NCBI GenBank assembly: GCA_028598975.1
Contig: JAQRMU010000007.1
Coordinates: 3,182 to 67,181 of the forward strand
Direction: 5' to 3'
DNA from: Gammaproteobacteria bacterium
GTDB lineage: Bacteria; Pseudomonadota; Gammaproteobacteria; Nitrosococcales; Methylophagaceae
DNA length: 64,000 nt
A program made the position numbers and the translations under genes. The notes beneath the pieces are model-generated. The model had not been told where the DNA came from and did not search any database. It saw only the letters and a program-made list of their open reading frames with translations. Positions 45,575 through 55,782 of the stretch are shown piece by piece (positions within the stretch are counted from its first letter, which is position 1; each line of letters begins with the position of its first letter).

Positions 45575-45996
45575 AACTATCAGCAGGAAACCTAGAGGAG
45601 CCGGATGTAAACCTGACACCCATGATCGATGTCGTGTTTTTACTACTACTATTTTTCATGGTATCAACCAGCTTTATTCGTGAAAGCTCTCTCAAAGTAG
45701 ATCTGCCTCAAGCAACAGGACAGGCCTTGCCTGATCAGGAAAAATCAATTGATATCCTCATTAATGCTGATGGACACTTTATTGTTAATGAAGTGACATT
45801 AGAAAACCCGAGTATTGAGCAATTATCAGCACACTTGAAGCAAGCTGTCGGTGAAAATGAAGATCCTCACATAATTATTAGTGCAGATGCTAACGCCGAA
45901 TATCAGAATATTGTTACTGCTATGGATACAGCACAACAGTTAGGTTATAGCCGATTAACACTTGCAACCCGCCAAACAACAAAAGACACTCAATGA
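45571..45996 (+). CDS. exbD: ExbD/TolR family protein
   Basis: NLTPMIDVVFLLLLFFM motif. ATGA overlap with exbB. Confidence 0.85.
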   Translation: MKLSAGNLEEPDVNLTPMIDVVFLLLLFFMVSTSFIRESSLKVDLPQATGQALPDQEKSIDILINADGHFIVNEVTLENPSIEQLSAHLKQAVGENEDPHIIISADANAEYQNIVTAMDTAQQLGYSRLTLATRQTTKDTQ

Positions 45997-47762
45997 CCTC
46001 AGAATCTGAAGCTATCAACTCTAGACTCATCTATAAACGCTTATTAAACTATGTAAAACCCTATTGGAAAGAGTTTATTGCTGCCATTATTGCAATGATG
46101 GTTTTTGCCAGTACAGAAACAGGGTTGGCAGCACTGATGAAACCTTTAATGGATGGCAGTTTTGTTGAGAGAGATCCTGCTACGATTAAACTTATTCCTC
46201 TATTGCTGATTGGTTTATTTTTAATTCGTGGTGTTGCCAATTTTTTTACTTCTTATGGTTTGGGTTGGATCGCTCGTAATGTCATAAAAAACCTACGTGC
46301 TGAGATGTTTGATAGATTATTAGTCTTACCTGCAACATTCTTCGATAATAGTACTTCTGGTCAACTTATGTCGAAGCTACTCTATGATGTTGAACAAGTT
46401 GCAAATGCATCAACGGATGCTGTATTGACCGTCATTCGTGACAGCCTAATTATTATTGGGCTTCTAGCGTGGATGATCTACCTCAACGGTACATTAGCAC
46501 TCATCATCTTCCTGACCATTCCTCTTATCGCTATTTTAGTTTTTAAGATCAGTAGTCGCTTTCGAGTAATTAGTAAAAACATTCAAGATTCGATGGGGGA
46601 TGTAAGCCACATTACTAGTGAAATGGTTGAGGGGCACCGTGAAGTCAAAACCTTTGGCAGCCACCACTATGAGAGTGAGCGTTTCAAGAAAGCAAACCAG
46701 TATAACCGTCGCCAAAGCATGAGAATGGTGGCCACAGAAGCCATTAGCCAACCGATTATTCAACTCATTACTGTACTGGGTTTGTCTGGCGTTATTTATC
46801 TTGCCACATTACCTGAGATGCTTGAAGAGATTAGCGTTGGTAGCTTTATTTCTTTCATCACTGCCATGTTCATGATTCTGACCCCGCTTAAAAGATTAAC
46901 AAAAATAAACTCTAAGCTTCAGCGTGGTATTGCTGCTGCACACAGTATATTTCAGCTAATTGATGAGCAAGCTGAAGCTGATACTGGCACAAAGTCACTG
47001 CAACGCGCAAAAGGCGAGATTCAATATAAAGATGTTAGGTTTTCATATACAAATGATGGAGACAATGTACTTGAAAATATCTCATTTCATGCACAGCCAG
47101 GGCAAACAATTGCCTTCGTCGGCCATTCCGGCAGTGGCAAAACAACTCTCGTTAGTTTGTTAACTCGATTTTATCCTTTAACTGAAGGACAAATCTTACT
47201 GGATGGCATTGATATTAACGAACTACAACTCACCTCGCTTCGTGAACAAATTTCAGTAGTAAATCAGCAAGTTATTTTATTTAATGACACGATTGCTAAT
47301 AATATTACTTATGGTCAAAAAGAACAGATCAGTAATGAAAAGATCATTGAGGCAGCAAAAGCGGCACATGCGTGGGAATTTATCGACCGTCTTCCTGATG
47401 GTTTAGCAACACAAGTCGGTCAAAATGGCGTACTGCTATCAGGTGGTCAACGCCAACGCTTAGCCATTGCTAGAGCACTATTACGCGATGCACCAATTCT
47501 CGTTCTTGATGAGGCCACAGCATCGTTAGATTCAGAAGCAGAACGCCATATTCAATCTGCATTAGAAACATTAATGACGCAACGCACCACATTTGTTATT
47601 GCTCACCGCTTATCCACCATTGAAAAAGCAGATCAAATTATTGTGATGCACAATGGTCGCATTGTAGAGACGGGAAAACATGCTGAACTTATCGCTAAAG
47701 ATCAACATTATGCAGAACTGCACCGACTACAATTTCAGGAAGATTCAACTGAAGCACTCTAA
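45993..47762 (+). CDS. msbA: Lipid A export ATP-binding/permease protein
   Basis: 589-aa half-transporter with GHSGSGKTT, LSGGQRQR and LVLDEATSALD. Upstream of lpxK. Confidence 0.92.
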   Translation: MTSESEAINSRLIYKRLLNYVKPYWKEFIAAIIAMMVFASTETGLAALMKPLMDGSFVERDPATIKLIPLLLIGLFLIRGVANFFTSYGLGWIARNVIKNLRAEMFDRLLVLPATFFDNSTSGQLMSKLLYDVEQVANASTDAVLTVIRDSLIIIGLLAWMIYLNGTLALIIFLTIPLIAILVFKISSRFRVISKNIQDSMGDVSHITSEMVEGHREVKTFGSHHYESERFKKANQYNRRQSMRMVATEAISQPIIQLITVLGLSGVIYLATLPEMLEEISVGSFISFITAMFMILTPLKRLTKINSKLQRGIAAAHSIFQLIDEQAEADTGTKSLQRAKGEIQYKDVRFSYTNDGDNVLENISFHAQPGQTIAFVGHSGSGKTTLVSLLTRFYPLTEGQILLDGIDINELQLTSLREQISVVNQQVILFNDTIANNITYGQKEQISNEKIIEAAKAAHAWEFIDRLPDGLATQVGQNGVLLSGGQRQRLAIARALLRDAPILVLDEATASLDSEAERHIQSALETLMTQRTTFVIAHRLSTIEKADQIIVMHNGRIVETGKHAELIAKDQHYAELHRLQFQEDSTEAL

Positions 47763-47765
47763 ATA

Positions 47766-48752
47766 ATGACCTGGTTAATTAACAGTTGGTATAAAGCACA
47801 CCCAGTGCGTTGGTTATTATGGCCTTTGTCAGCAATCTATCGTGCCATTATTTCCTTACGCCGTTCACTGTATCAAATAGGAATATTTAAACAATACTCA
47901 GTGAATGTTCCTGTCATTATCGTTGGAAATATCAGCGTTGGTGGCACAGGAAAAACGCCCTTTGTCATCTGGCTTGCAAAACAACTCCAACATGCGGGTT
48001 TCCGCCCAGGGATTATCAGCCGAGGATATGGTGGTAAGGCAGAAAGCTACCCTCAAACCGTGACAGTGGACAGCGAACCTAGCATTGTCGGTGATGAGCC
48101 ACTTATTATAAACAGACAATCAGCTTGCCCAATGGTTGTCGCACCTGACCGTGTTTCCGCAGCCACACAGCTATTAGAACAGTTTGACTGTAATATTATA
48201 ATTGCAGATGACGGGCTCCAACATTATGCCCTAGCCCGAGATATCGAAATTGTTATCGTCGATAGTCAACGTCTATTTGGTAATCAATATTGCCTACCTG
48301 CCGGCCCCTTACGTGAGCCTTTATCTCGATTAAAGGATGTCGATTTCATTGTCCATAATGGTGACGAAACATCTGCCGAATTCACTATGGCAACATCGCA
48401 GGGTCATGCGATTAATCTAATGAACCCTGAACTTACTAGAGCGCTATCATCCTTTCAAAATCAAACCGTTCATGCCATCGCTGGCATTGGTTATCCTGAA
48501 CGTTTTTTTAAGCAATTATCTGAATGTAATCTCAACCTATTACCCCACTCTTTTTCTGACCATCATCCCTACCAAGCCCATGACCTTAACTTTGATGATG
48601 GCCTTGATATTTTGATGACAGAAAAAGATGCCGTAAAATGCCAACACTTTGCCAATAAAAATATGTGGTATGTCCCCATAGACGCCACAATAAACGGTAA
48701 ACTTGAACAACACTTATTAACTAAATTAGCAGGACTTCCCTCTCATGGATAA
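47766..48752 (+). CDS. lpxK: Tetraacyldisaccharide 4'-kinase
   Basis: [14 protein letters not shown]-loop, 328 aa. Confidence 0.93.
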   Translation: MTWLINSWYKAHPVRWLLWPLSAIYRAIISLRRSLYQIGIFKQYSVNVPVIIVGNISVGGTGKTPFVIWLAKQLQHAGFRPGIISRGYGGKAESYPQTVTVDSEPSIVGDEPLIINRQSACPMVVAPDRVSAATQLLEQFDCNIIIADDGLQHYALARDIEIVIVDSQRLFGNQYCLPAGPLREPLSRLKDVDFIVHNGDETSAEFTMATSQGHAINLMNPELTRALSSFQNQTVHAIAGIGYPERFFKQLSECNLNLLPHSFSDHHPYQAHDLNFDDGLDILMTEKDAVKCQHFANKNMWYVPIDATINGKLEQHLLTKLAGLPSHG

Positions 48753-48927
48753 AACACTTCTTGAAATTCTGGCCTGCCCTAGTTGTAAAGGCGCTTTAAA
48801 CTACAATAAAGCACAGCAAGAACTTCTTTGCCCAGTTTGTCGCCTAGCCTATCCTATTCGTGACGATATTCCGGTTATGCTGGCTGATGAAGCTCGGACT
48901 CTTTCAGCCGAAGAAGAAACACATTAA
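48745..48927 (+). CDS. ycaR: Trm112/YcaR (UPF0434) family zinc-ribbon protein
   Basis: [12 protein letters not shown]...[19 protein letters not shown]. Located between lpxK and kdsB. Confidence 0.88.
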   Translation: MDKTLLEILACPSCKGALNYNKAQQELLCPVCRLAYPIRDDIPVMLADEARTLSAEEETH

Positions 48928-49679
48928 TGTCATTTAAAATCGTTATTCCCGCCCGTTATGCCTCTACGCGACTGCCAGGAAAACCCTTATTAGATATTGC
49001 CGGTAAACCGATGATTCAGCATGTATATGAACGTGCTCAAGAAAGTAATGCTAGCGAAGTCATCATTGCCACGGATAATGAAGAAATTATGCGTGTCGCT
49101 CATGGTTTTGGTGCTGATGTGTGTATGACACGTGAAGATCACCTATCAGGCACAGACAGACTCGCTGAGGTTGCTTTACAAAGGCGTTTTTCTGATGATG
49201 ACATTATCATCAATGTTCAAGGCGATGAACCCTGCTTACCAGCCAGTTTAATTGATCAAGTTGCAGATGATTTACAACAACATGTAGATGCCGATATGGC
49301 GACCTTATACAGTCAGATTGACCAAGAAAAATACGTATTTGACCCTAATGTTGTCAAAGTAGTGATGGATGGTCAGGGTTATGCTTTATATTTTAGTCGT
49401 GCCCCTATTCCATGGATGAGAGATCATTTTGATCAACAATCTACCTTACCACCTGAGTTACCTCATTATCGACATATTGGCTTGTATGGCTACAGAGCAA
49501 GTTTCTTAAAGCACTACTCGGAATTAAGCCCGTGCATACTGGAAAAAGAAGAGTCTTTAGAACAACTACGTGTGCTTTATCACGGTAAGAAAATTCATCT
49601 CAGCGCAGCTAAAGTTTCACCGGGCCATGGCGTTGATACTCAAGATGATTTAGATGATGTTCGGAAACTTCTAAGGTAG
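48927..49679 (+). CDS. kdsB: 3-deoxy-manno-octulosonate cytidylyltransferase
   Basis: VIPARYASTRLPGKPL motif, 250 aa. Confidence 0.94.
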   Translation: MSFKIVIPARYASTRLPGKPLLDIAGKPMIQHVYERAQESNASEVIIATDNEEIMRVAHGFGADVCMTREDHLSGTDRLAEVALQRRFSDDDIIINVQGDEPCLPASLIDQVADDLQQHVDADMATLYSQIDQEKYVFDPNVVKVVMDGQGYALYFSRAPIPWMRDHFDQQSTLPPELPHYRHIGLYGYRASFLKHYSELSPCILEKEESLEQLRVLYHGKKIHLSAAKVSPGHGVDTQDDLDDVRKLLR

Positions 49680-49756
49680 AAAACAAGCAATAATCGTATG
49701 GGGCTCTAGCCATGAAAAACATAAAGCCAAATTTACGCCTAAAAACATGCCTACGA

Positions 49757-50056
49757 CTAGGTCGCGCTAAAAAGACTATAATTTTTTTCTAACAATAGGT
49801 CAATACCTGCTGAAATCAGCTCAGTATGGAGCTCACCTTCACCATCAAACACCGGTAAAATATACGTCACCGGCACAGCACGATGGCCTTCGCCATACTG
49901 CGTCGCTTGAATACTCGTATCCGGTTCCAACACCTGCAATACTAACTCACAGCCATCCAGAAGCTCAATGACTTCACATTGCTGCTGCTGATAAACAACT
50001 TGCTGGCCCAATAAGGCCAACAAGTGTTCACATTGATATTTCTTATTCGCTGACAT
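49757..50056 (-). CDS. Hypothetical 99-aa protein overlapping the rne stop
   Basis: Only long ORF in the 300 bp between rne and kdsB, on the same strand as rne. Its ATG lies 14 nt inside the rne 3' end. I recognise no family. Confidence 0.45.
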   Translation of the reverse strand: MSANKKYQCEHLLALLGQQVVYQQQQCEVIELLDGCELVLQVLEPDTSIQATQYGEGHRAVPVTYILPVFDGEGELHTELISAGIDLLLEKNYSLFSAT

Positions 50057-52400
50057 CTTCTTTGGGTGCAGCCTCTTTAGGAATCACTTTTTTAGGTGCA
50101 CGTTTCTTAACGATTACCTTTTCAGCACTATTATCTTCCGATGTTGATTTTTTTTCCACCTTTTCTGCTGGCACATCAGATACTGCTGGCTTTTCTTGCT
50201 TATCTTTTGCAGCAGGGCGGCGACGGCGTGCAGTTCCTGTTGAGGTTCTTCCCCTACGTGGTTTATTTGCTGGCGGCTTAGTCTCTGCTGGCTTGTTACC
50301 ATCAACTTCTTTATCAGCAGCCACTGAAGGGATATTACCATTTACCTCGCTTTCAACAGCTTTTGGTACGGCATTACCATCAATTTCTTTCTTCTCTGGT
50401 AATATTTTATTACCTGCATCTTCGGCAACAGTTGTGTCACTTTCTGCACGAGGTTTACGACGACGACCTCGACGAGTGCGCTTCGAGTTCGGGTTTTGTT
50501 CACCTTTTTCTTCGCGTGATTTTTTTTGGTTTGGGCTTGTTTCTGCTTGAGTATCATTGCCCTCTTTTTCTTTGTCAGCCTTCGCATTATCTGGACGGCG
50601 GCGTGGGCGACGGTTATTTCTGTTATTACGTGGACGTTTATTTTGCTCACGTTTTGGTGCTTCTTCAGTTTTAACTGTAGCTTCAGGCTTTTCTTCTACT
50701 TCATCTGCTGGTTTACCTGTTAATACATTTAATAAACGCTTTAAGAGGCTAGGCTTCTTCTCTTCGACCGCTTTCTCAGCGACCACTGTTGGTGCTGGTG
50801 CAGAAGGTGAAACCCCTGTCACTGCGGCCTGCTCAACAGTAGGCTTGTCTTTCATTGCTTCAGGTACTTCAGGTTCAGGTGTCACCATCAAGTGATGACT
50901 GACTTCTGTCACATCATTACCTTCTTTCACCCGTTCGATATCAAAATGAGGTGTATCCAAATGTGGGTTTGGAATTAACAATAATTTGACATCCTGACGA
51001 CGTTCAATCTCTTCTAATTGCACACGTTTTTCATTCAACATAAAGGTTGCAACTGAGATTGGTAACTGAACAATTAGTTTTGAAATACGGTCTTTCGTCG
51101 CTTCTTCTTCAACTAATCGTAAAACAGCTAAACCTAATGATTGCACGCCTCGAACATGACCTAAACCACCACAACGTGGGCAAATCTCTTCATGAGCATC
51201 ACCTAAAGATGGGCGCAAGCGTTGGCGAGACATTTCTAATAAACCAAATCGAGAAATACGACCGACTTGTACGCGAGCACGATCGGCTTTCAGGTGATCT
51301 CGAAGACGGTTTTCAACGTCACGCTGATGACGTGTCGGCCCCATATCAATGAAATCAATAACCACTAAACCACCCAAGTCACGAATGCGTAACTGGCGAG
51401 CGATTTCTTCTGCTGCTTCTAAGTTAGTATTAAATGCTGTTTCTTCAATATCTCCACCCTTATTAGCACGGGCCGAGTTCACATCAATTGAAATCAATGC
51501 TTCTGTGGGGTCAATAACTAAGGCACCACCAGATGGTAGGCGTACTTCATGTCTAAATGCAGTTTCGATTTGGCTTTCAACTTGGTACCGCGTAAATAAC
51601 GGTACTTTATCTTGGTAAAGTTTAAACTTACTCAATTCATGCGGCATAACCATGGTCATAAAGTCATGACCTGTTTTATAGACCTCTGGAGAATCAACTA
51701 AAATTTCACCAATGTCTTTACGCAAGTAATCACGCAATGCACGGATGATAATATTACTTTCTTGGTAGACTAAAAACGGTGCTTTACGGTCTTTGTTTGC
51801 CTTATCAATAGCAGTCCATAATTGCACTAAGTATTCCAAATCCCACTGCAATTCTTCAGTTTGTTTTCCAACACCCGCAGTACGAACGATCATGCCCATG
51901 CCTTCTGGCACTTCTAATGAACGTAAGGCTTCTTGCAATTCAGCACGTTCTTCACCTTCAATACGACGAGAAATACCACCAGCACGTGGGCTATTAGGCA
52001 TTAAAACTAAATATCGTCCTGCAAGGCTGATAAACGTTGTTAACGCAGCACCTTTATTGCCACGCTCTTCTTTTTCTACTTGAATAACAAGTTCTTGGCC
52101 TACAGACAATACATCTTGCACATTGATGCGACCTGATGACTCCCCATCTTTAGAGTCACGTTGTTTGAAATAGTCTTTTGAAATTTCTTTTAGTGGTAGA
52201 AAACCTTGACGCTCAGAACCGTAATCTACAAATACAGCTTCTAAACTTGGTTCAACACGGGTGATTTTACCTTTGTAAATATTACCTTTCTTTTGTTCAC
52301 GAGAAGGGATGGCAATATCCAGATCAAACAAACGCTGGCCTTCGACCATCGCTACACGCAACTCTTCTTGATTCGTTGCGTTAATTAAAATTCGCTTCAT
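50043..52400 (-). CDS. rne: Ribonuclease E
   Basis: S1 domain plus catalytic core including the CPRCGG zinc-link. The C-terminal part is disordered and K/E/P/R-rich, with Arg-rich patches ([24 protein letters not shown]) and an amphipathic-looking [12 protein letters not shown] segment. Confidence 0.95.
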   Translation of the reverse strand: MKRILINATNQEELRVAMVEGQRLFDLDIAIPSREQKKGNIYKGKITRVEPSLEAVFVDYGSERQGFLPLKEISKDYFKQRDSKDGESSGRINVQDVLSVGQELVIQVEKEERGNKGAALTTFISLAGRYLVLMPNSPRAGGISRRIEGEERAELQEALRSLEVPEGMGMIVRTAGVGKQTEELQWDLEYLVQLWTAIDKANKDRKAPFLVYQESNIIIRALRDYLRKDIGEILVDSPEVYKTGHDFMTMVMPHELSKFKLYQDKVPLFTRYQVESQIETAFRHEVRLPSGGALVIDPTEALISIDVNSARANKGGDIEETAFNTNLEAAEEIARQLRIRDLGGLVVIDFIDMGPTRHQRDVENRLRDHLKADRARVQVGRISRFGLLEMSRQRLRPSLGDAHEEICPRCGGLGHVRGVQSLGLAVLRLVEEEATKDRISKLIVQLPISVATFMLNEKRVQLEEIERRQDVKLLLIPNPHLDTPHFDIERVKEGNDVTEVSHHLMVTPEPEVPEAMKDKPTVEQAAVTGVSPSAPAPTVVAEKAVEEKKPSLLKRLLNVLTGKPADEVEEKPEATVKTEEAPKREQNKRPRNNRNNRRPRRRPDNAKADKEKEGNDTQAETSPNQKKSREEKGEQNPNSKRTRRGRRRKPRAESDTTVAEDAGNKILPEKKEIDGNAVPKAVESEVNGNIPSVAADKEVDGNKPAETKPPANKPRRGRTSTGTARRRRPAAKDKQEKPAVSDVPAEKVEKKSTSEDNSAEKVIVKKRAPKKVIPKEAAPKEDVSE

Positions 52401-52983
52401 TTATAACCTCAGTGTGAGGCTCACACGCTGTGTATCCCTATTTATTAGGGCTTTGCATAGTCATTATAGAGACTTCAGTAGGATAATATTTAAATCTGTT
52501 TTGTAATTAATCATGACAATATGTCTTACGTTTGCATATTGTTTATACCTACACGTTGGTCTTATTTATTATTTTTCTTTTTCAAGAAAGACCACTGCCG
52601 CAATAGTGTTTTCTGCGACCTTATTCAGTACTACCGCCTCGCCCCTTGGCGTAGCTAGCCTGTACTTACTCATTAATTACTGTGTCATTATCCTGTCTGG
52701 TGCAAAATAGTTTTTAAACCAAAACGCGGGAACCACTTAAAATTTATTGCTCATTATTGAGCCTAACCACGCCTGACAATCATCAAACGCGTCAATCAAA
52801 ACTTGTTTAGCTTTGCCGCATCAACTTCCACACTTTTAGAAGGAGCGACCATGCTATTTTTAAGCCTTTTTAGCCAAAGTCGGTATACTATTACCACAAT
52901 TTACAAAAAGACCAACATCGGAATATAACAGTCCTTTGGCATATCGGCAATAGTAAAACATAATATTTAAGGCCCACCCGTTA
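52401..52983. promoter_or_regulatory. Divergent rne / rluC control region, presumably containing a long rne 5' leader
   Basis: 583 bp non-coding spacer. Palindrome GTGTGAG-g-CTCACAC at 52412-52426 lies immediately 5' of the rne GAGG SD. E. coli rne is known to carry a long autoregulatory 5' UTR. The structure here is not verified. Confidence 0.4.
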
Positions 52984-53943
52984 ATGGCTAGTAACGATAA
53001 AAAATCCTATTCTGTTCAATTCGTTGATATCTCAGCCGCTCAAGCCGGCCAAAGGATTGATAACTTTCTACTCACTTTGGAAAAAGGCGTACCTAAAAGC
53101 CGTATTTACCGTGCTATTCGTAAGGGTGAAGTGCGCGTCAATAAAGGTCGAATAAAGCAAACGTATAAAATACAGGCTGGTGATACTATTCGCGTCCCTC
53201 CTCTGCATACCTCTGAAAAGAATACGATTGATACTGTCAGCGACCGCTTTAAACAGCAAATAAATGAATGTATCCTTTTAGAAGATGACGCTCTCTTAGT
53301 TCTGAATAAACCCGCTGGGGTAGCGGTTCATGCGGGAAGTGGTATTCCACAGGGCTTAGTTGAAGCCTTGCGCATTATTCGTACTGACTTACCTTACCTT
53401 GAACTTGTTCACCGCCTTGATCGTGATACATCGGGTTGCTTATTGATTGCAAAAAGTCGTGATGCTTTGTTAAAGATGCAGCAACAAATGAAAGATCATG
53501 AGATTGATAAACGTTACCTTACCTTATTAAAAGGAGCCTGGCGCTCAGGTGAACGATTAATCGAGCAACCTTTGATGAAAAATAGCATGTCATCAGGTGA
53601 ACGTATGGTCATTGTTGATCCTGAAGGAAAATATTCAAAAACAATTTTTAAACCTATCGAGTCGTTTGCTCAAGCTCAGTTTACAGAAGTCATTCTATTT
53701 ACAGGACGAACCCACCAAATCCGTGTTCACTCTGCCTATATGGGCAATCCTGTTGCAGGTGACGATAAATATGGCCAACGCAATTTTAATCGTGATATGA
53801 AAAAGTTAGGACTAAAGCGCATGTTTCTACATGCTTGGAAGCTCACCATTACTCATCCAATAACAAACCAGAAAATAAAGCTAGAAGCCTCACTGCCAAC
53901 ACAATTAGAAAATGTCTTAACTAAGTTGAGAGGTCAATCATGA
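52984..53943 (+). CDS. rluC: 23S rRNA pseudouridine synthase C
   Basis: S4 domain plus the HRLDRDTSGCLL catalytic motif. Divergent from rne, as in E. coli. Confidence 0.92.
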   Translation: MASNDKKSYSVQFVDISAAQAGQRIDNFLLTLEKGVPKSRIYRAIRKGEVRVNKGRIKQTYKIQAGDTIRVPPLHTSEKNTIDTVSDRFKQQINECILLEDDALLVLNKPAGVAVHAGSGIPQGLVEALRIIRTDLPYLELVHRLDRDTSGCLLIAKSRDALLKMQQQMKDHEIDKRYLTLLKGAWRSGERLIEQPLMKNSMSSGERMVIVDPEGKYSKTIFKPIESFAQAQFTEVILFTGRTHQIRVHSAYMGNPVAGDDKYGQRNFNRDMKKLGLKRMFLHAWKLTITHPITNQKIKLEASLPTQLENVLTKLRGQS

Positions 53944-54590
53944 ACCAGTATCAGCTGATTGTTTTTGACTGGGATGGCACATTGATGGATTCCACAGGAC
54001 ATATTGTTCAGTGTATGCGGCAGGCTATTTCACAACTTAAGTTTCCACCATTAACTGACAGTGCAATCAGTCATATTATTGGCTTGGGGCTTAATGAAGC
54101 TGCCCAAGCATTATATCCCACTATAAGCGCACGAGATGTAGAACGACTTGCTAATTGCTATCGGGAAATTTGGTTAAGTAGCCCTCCTAATTCCCCCTTA
54201 TTCGATAATGCCAGTAGCCTTATTCATAACTTGAATAAGCAAGACCTTTTTCTTGGTGTTGCAACAGGGAAAAGTCGTTCAGGTTTAAACAAAGTATTAG
54301 CTAGCACCCAATTAGAACCTTTATTTCATGCTACACGTTGTGCTGATGAATGCCACTCCAAACCGCATCCTCAAATGATTGAAGAATTAATGGACTTTTG
54401 TGGTGTAACGCCAAAAGAAACATTAATGATTGGCGATACAGAATATGACTTACAAATGGCCCATAATGCAGGAGCAGATAGCTTAGCCATTAGTCATGGC
54501 GCACACGGTGTTAAAACTTTGCGTGCATGCCTACCTCGAGGAATTGTTGATGACTTACATCAAGTCGAACAATGGTTGAATAACTTGTAG
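53940..54590 (+). CDS. HAD-superfamily phosphatase (phosphoglycolate phosphatase-like)
   Basis: LIVFDWDGTLMDS motif I and GDTEYD motif. 4-nt overlap with rluC. Confidence 0.8.
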   Translation: MNQYQLIVFDWDGTLMDSTGHIVQCMRQAISQLKFPPLTDSAISHIIGLGLNEAAQALYPTISARDVERLANCYREIWLSSPPNSPLFDNASSLIHNLNKQDLFLGVATGKSRSGLNKVLASTQLEPLFHATRCADECHSKPHPQMIEELMDFCGVTPKETLMIGDTEYDLQMAHNAGADSLAISHGAHGVKTLRACLPRGIVDDLHQVEQWLNNL

Positions 54591-54646
54591 TCTGACATTT
54601 GTTATGATTTACTGCCCTTTTAACCCTCTTTTTGGAACTCTTGGCT

Positions 54647-55630
54647 ATGGCCACATTTGGCGATTTTCCTAACTCTAATGTTAATAATATGAACAACAAT
54701 ACCAACGAACAAAACACTTGGGAACGTAAAGTTCTGGAAGACCTCGCTTTTGCCGCACTAAAAGAGCAACGTACCAGTCGCCGCTGGGGTTATGTTTTTA
54801 AAAGCTTAATGTTCCTTTATTTGATTGCCATCTTAATATTGATGATTCCAACAGGTGACTTACCTGCCCATGCAGAACAACATACTGCCTTAGTTGAAAT
54901 TAATGGTGTGATTGCAGCAGATGCAGAAGCAAATGCTGATACGATTGTGACCGGCATTAGAGATGCATTTGATAGCCCAAGCGCACAAGGCCTTATTCTT
55001 AGGTTAAATACACCCGGTGGCAGTCCTGTTCAGGCTGGCATTATTAATGATGAAATAAAACGTCTACAAGCAACACGTCCTGACTTCCCTATTTATGCCG
55101 TTATCCAAGATATTTGTGCATCAGGTGGTTATTATATTGCTGTCGCTGCCAATGAAATTTATGCCGACAAGGCCAGTATTGTCGGTTCAATTGGTGTTCG
55201 TATGGATAGCTTTGGCTTCACAGAAACAATCGACAAACTAGGTATTGAGCGTCGTTCATTAACAGCGGGCGAAAATAAAGCGTTTCTTGACCCATTTTTA
55301 CCGATGAAAGACAAAGATATTAAGCATGCCCACAATATGCTTAATAATATCCACCAGCAGTTTATTGATGTTGTTAAAGCTGGACGAGGTGATCGGCTGT
55401 CAGATGATCCAAGGTTATTCACCGGCCTTTTCTGGTCTGGTGAACAAGCCCTACCACTGGGTTTAATTGATGGTTTGGCGAATAGTAGTACCATTGCACG
55501 TGATGTTATTGGTGCAGAAAATATTATTGATTACACGCCTCGACCAAATTACTTAGATCGTTTTGCTGGCAAACTAGGTGCGACACTTAGCCAAGCATTA
55601 TTTCAATCATCAAACCTGAGCGTACGATAA
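54647..55630 (+). CDS. S49-family peptidase (SppA 36K / SohB type)
   Basis: N-terminal TM helix and the ASGGYYIA active-site region. The first ATG is used; the track ORF begins at an upstream TTG at 54632. Confidence 0.85.
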   Translation: MATFGDFPNSNVNNMNNNTNEQNTWERKVLEDLAFAALKEQRTSRRWGYVFKSLMFLYLIAILILMIPTGDLPAHAEQHTALVEINGVIAADAEANADTIVTGIRDAFDSPSAQGLILRLNTPGGSPVQAGIINDEIKRLQATRPDFPIYAVIQDICASGGYYIAVAANEIYADKASIVGSIGVRMDSFGFTETIDKLGIERRSLTAGENKAFLDPFLPMKDKDIKHAHNMLNNIHQQFIDVVKAGRGDRLSDDPRLFTGLFWSGEQALPLGLIDGLANSSTIARDVIGAENIIDYTPRPNYLDRFAGKLGATLSQALFQSSNLSVR

Positions 55631-55779
55631 TGAGCGAAAACACATCGTCAACTACTTTAAGTGAACAAGAGATCGAAGCTCGCAAAGAACTGTTTCGTTA
55701 TACCGATTTAGCACACCCAGTTATGCAAACACTATTTGAATATACTGAACCCGCCTCACAACCAGTAGAGAAGGAATAA
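55630..55779 (+). CDS. Hypothetical 49-aa acidic protein
   Basis: Below the ORF-track length cutoff. Its ATG overlaps the peptidase stop (TAATG). It ends 3 nt before the HDOD start. Sequence MSENTSSTTLSEQEIEARKELFRYTDLAHPVMQTLFEYTEPASQPVEKE. Confidence 0.45.
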   Translation: MSENTSSTTLSEQEIEARKELFRYTDLAHPVMQTLFEYTEPASQPVEKE

Positions 55780-55782
55780 AAG

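Noticed and set aside
50062-50895. Several 60-160-aa plus-strand and minus-strand ORFs overlapping the rne 3' half.
   Set aside because: They are artefacts of the repetitive Arg/Lys/Glu/Pro-rich RNase E C-terminal region. They are antisense or out of frame and have no SD.
52513-52710. Hydrophobic 65-aa ORF antisense to the putative rne leader, considered as a type I toxin-like small membrane protein.
   Set aside because: It has no SD and no recognisable promoter or antisense-RNA arrangement. An AT-rich non-coding region readily yields hydrophobic ORFs of this kind.
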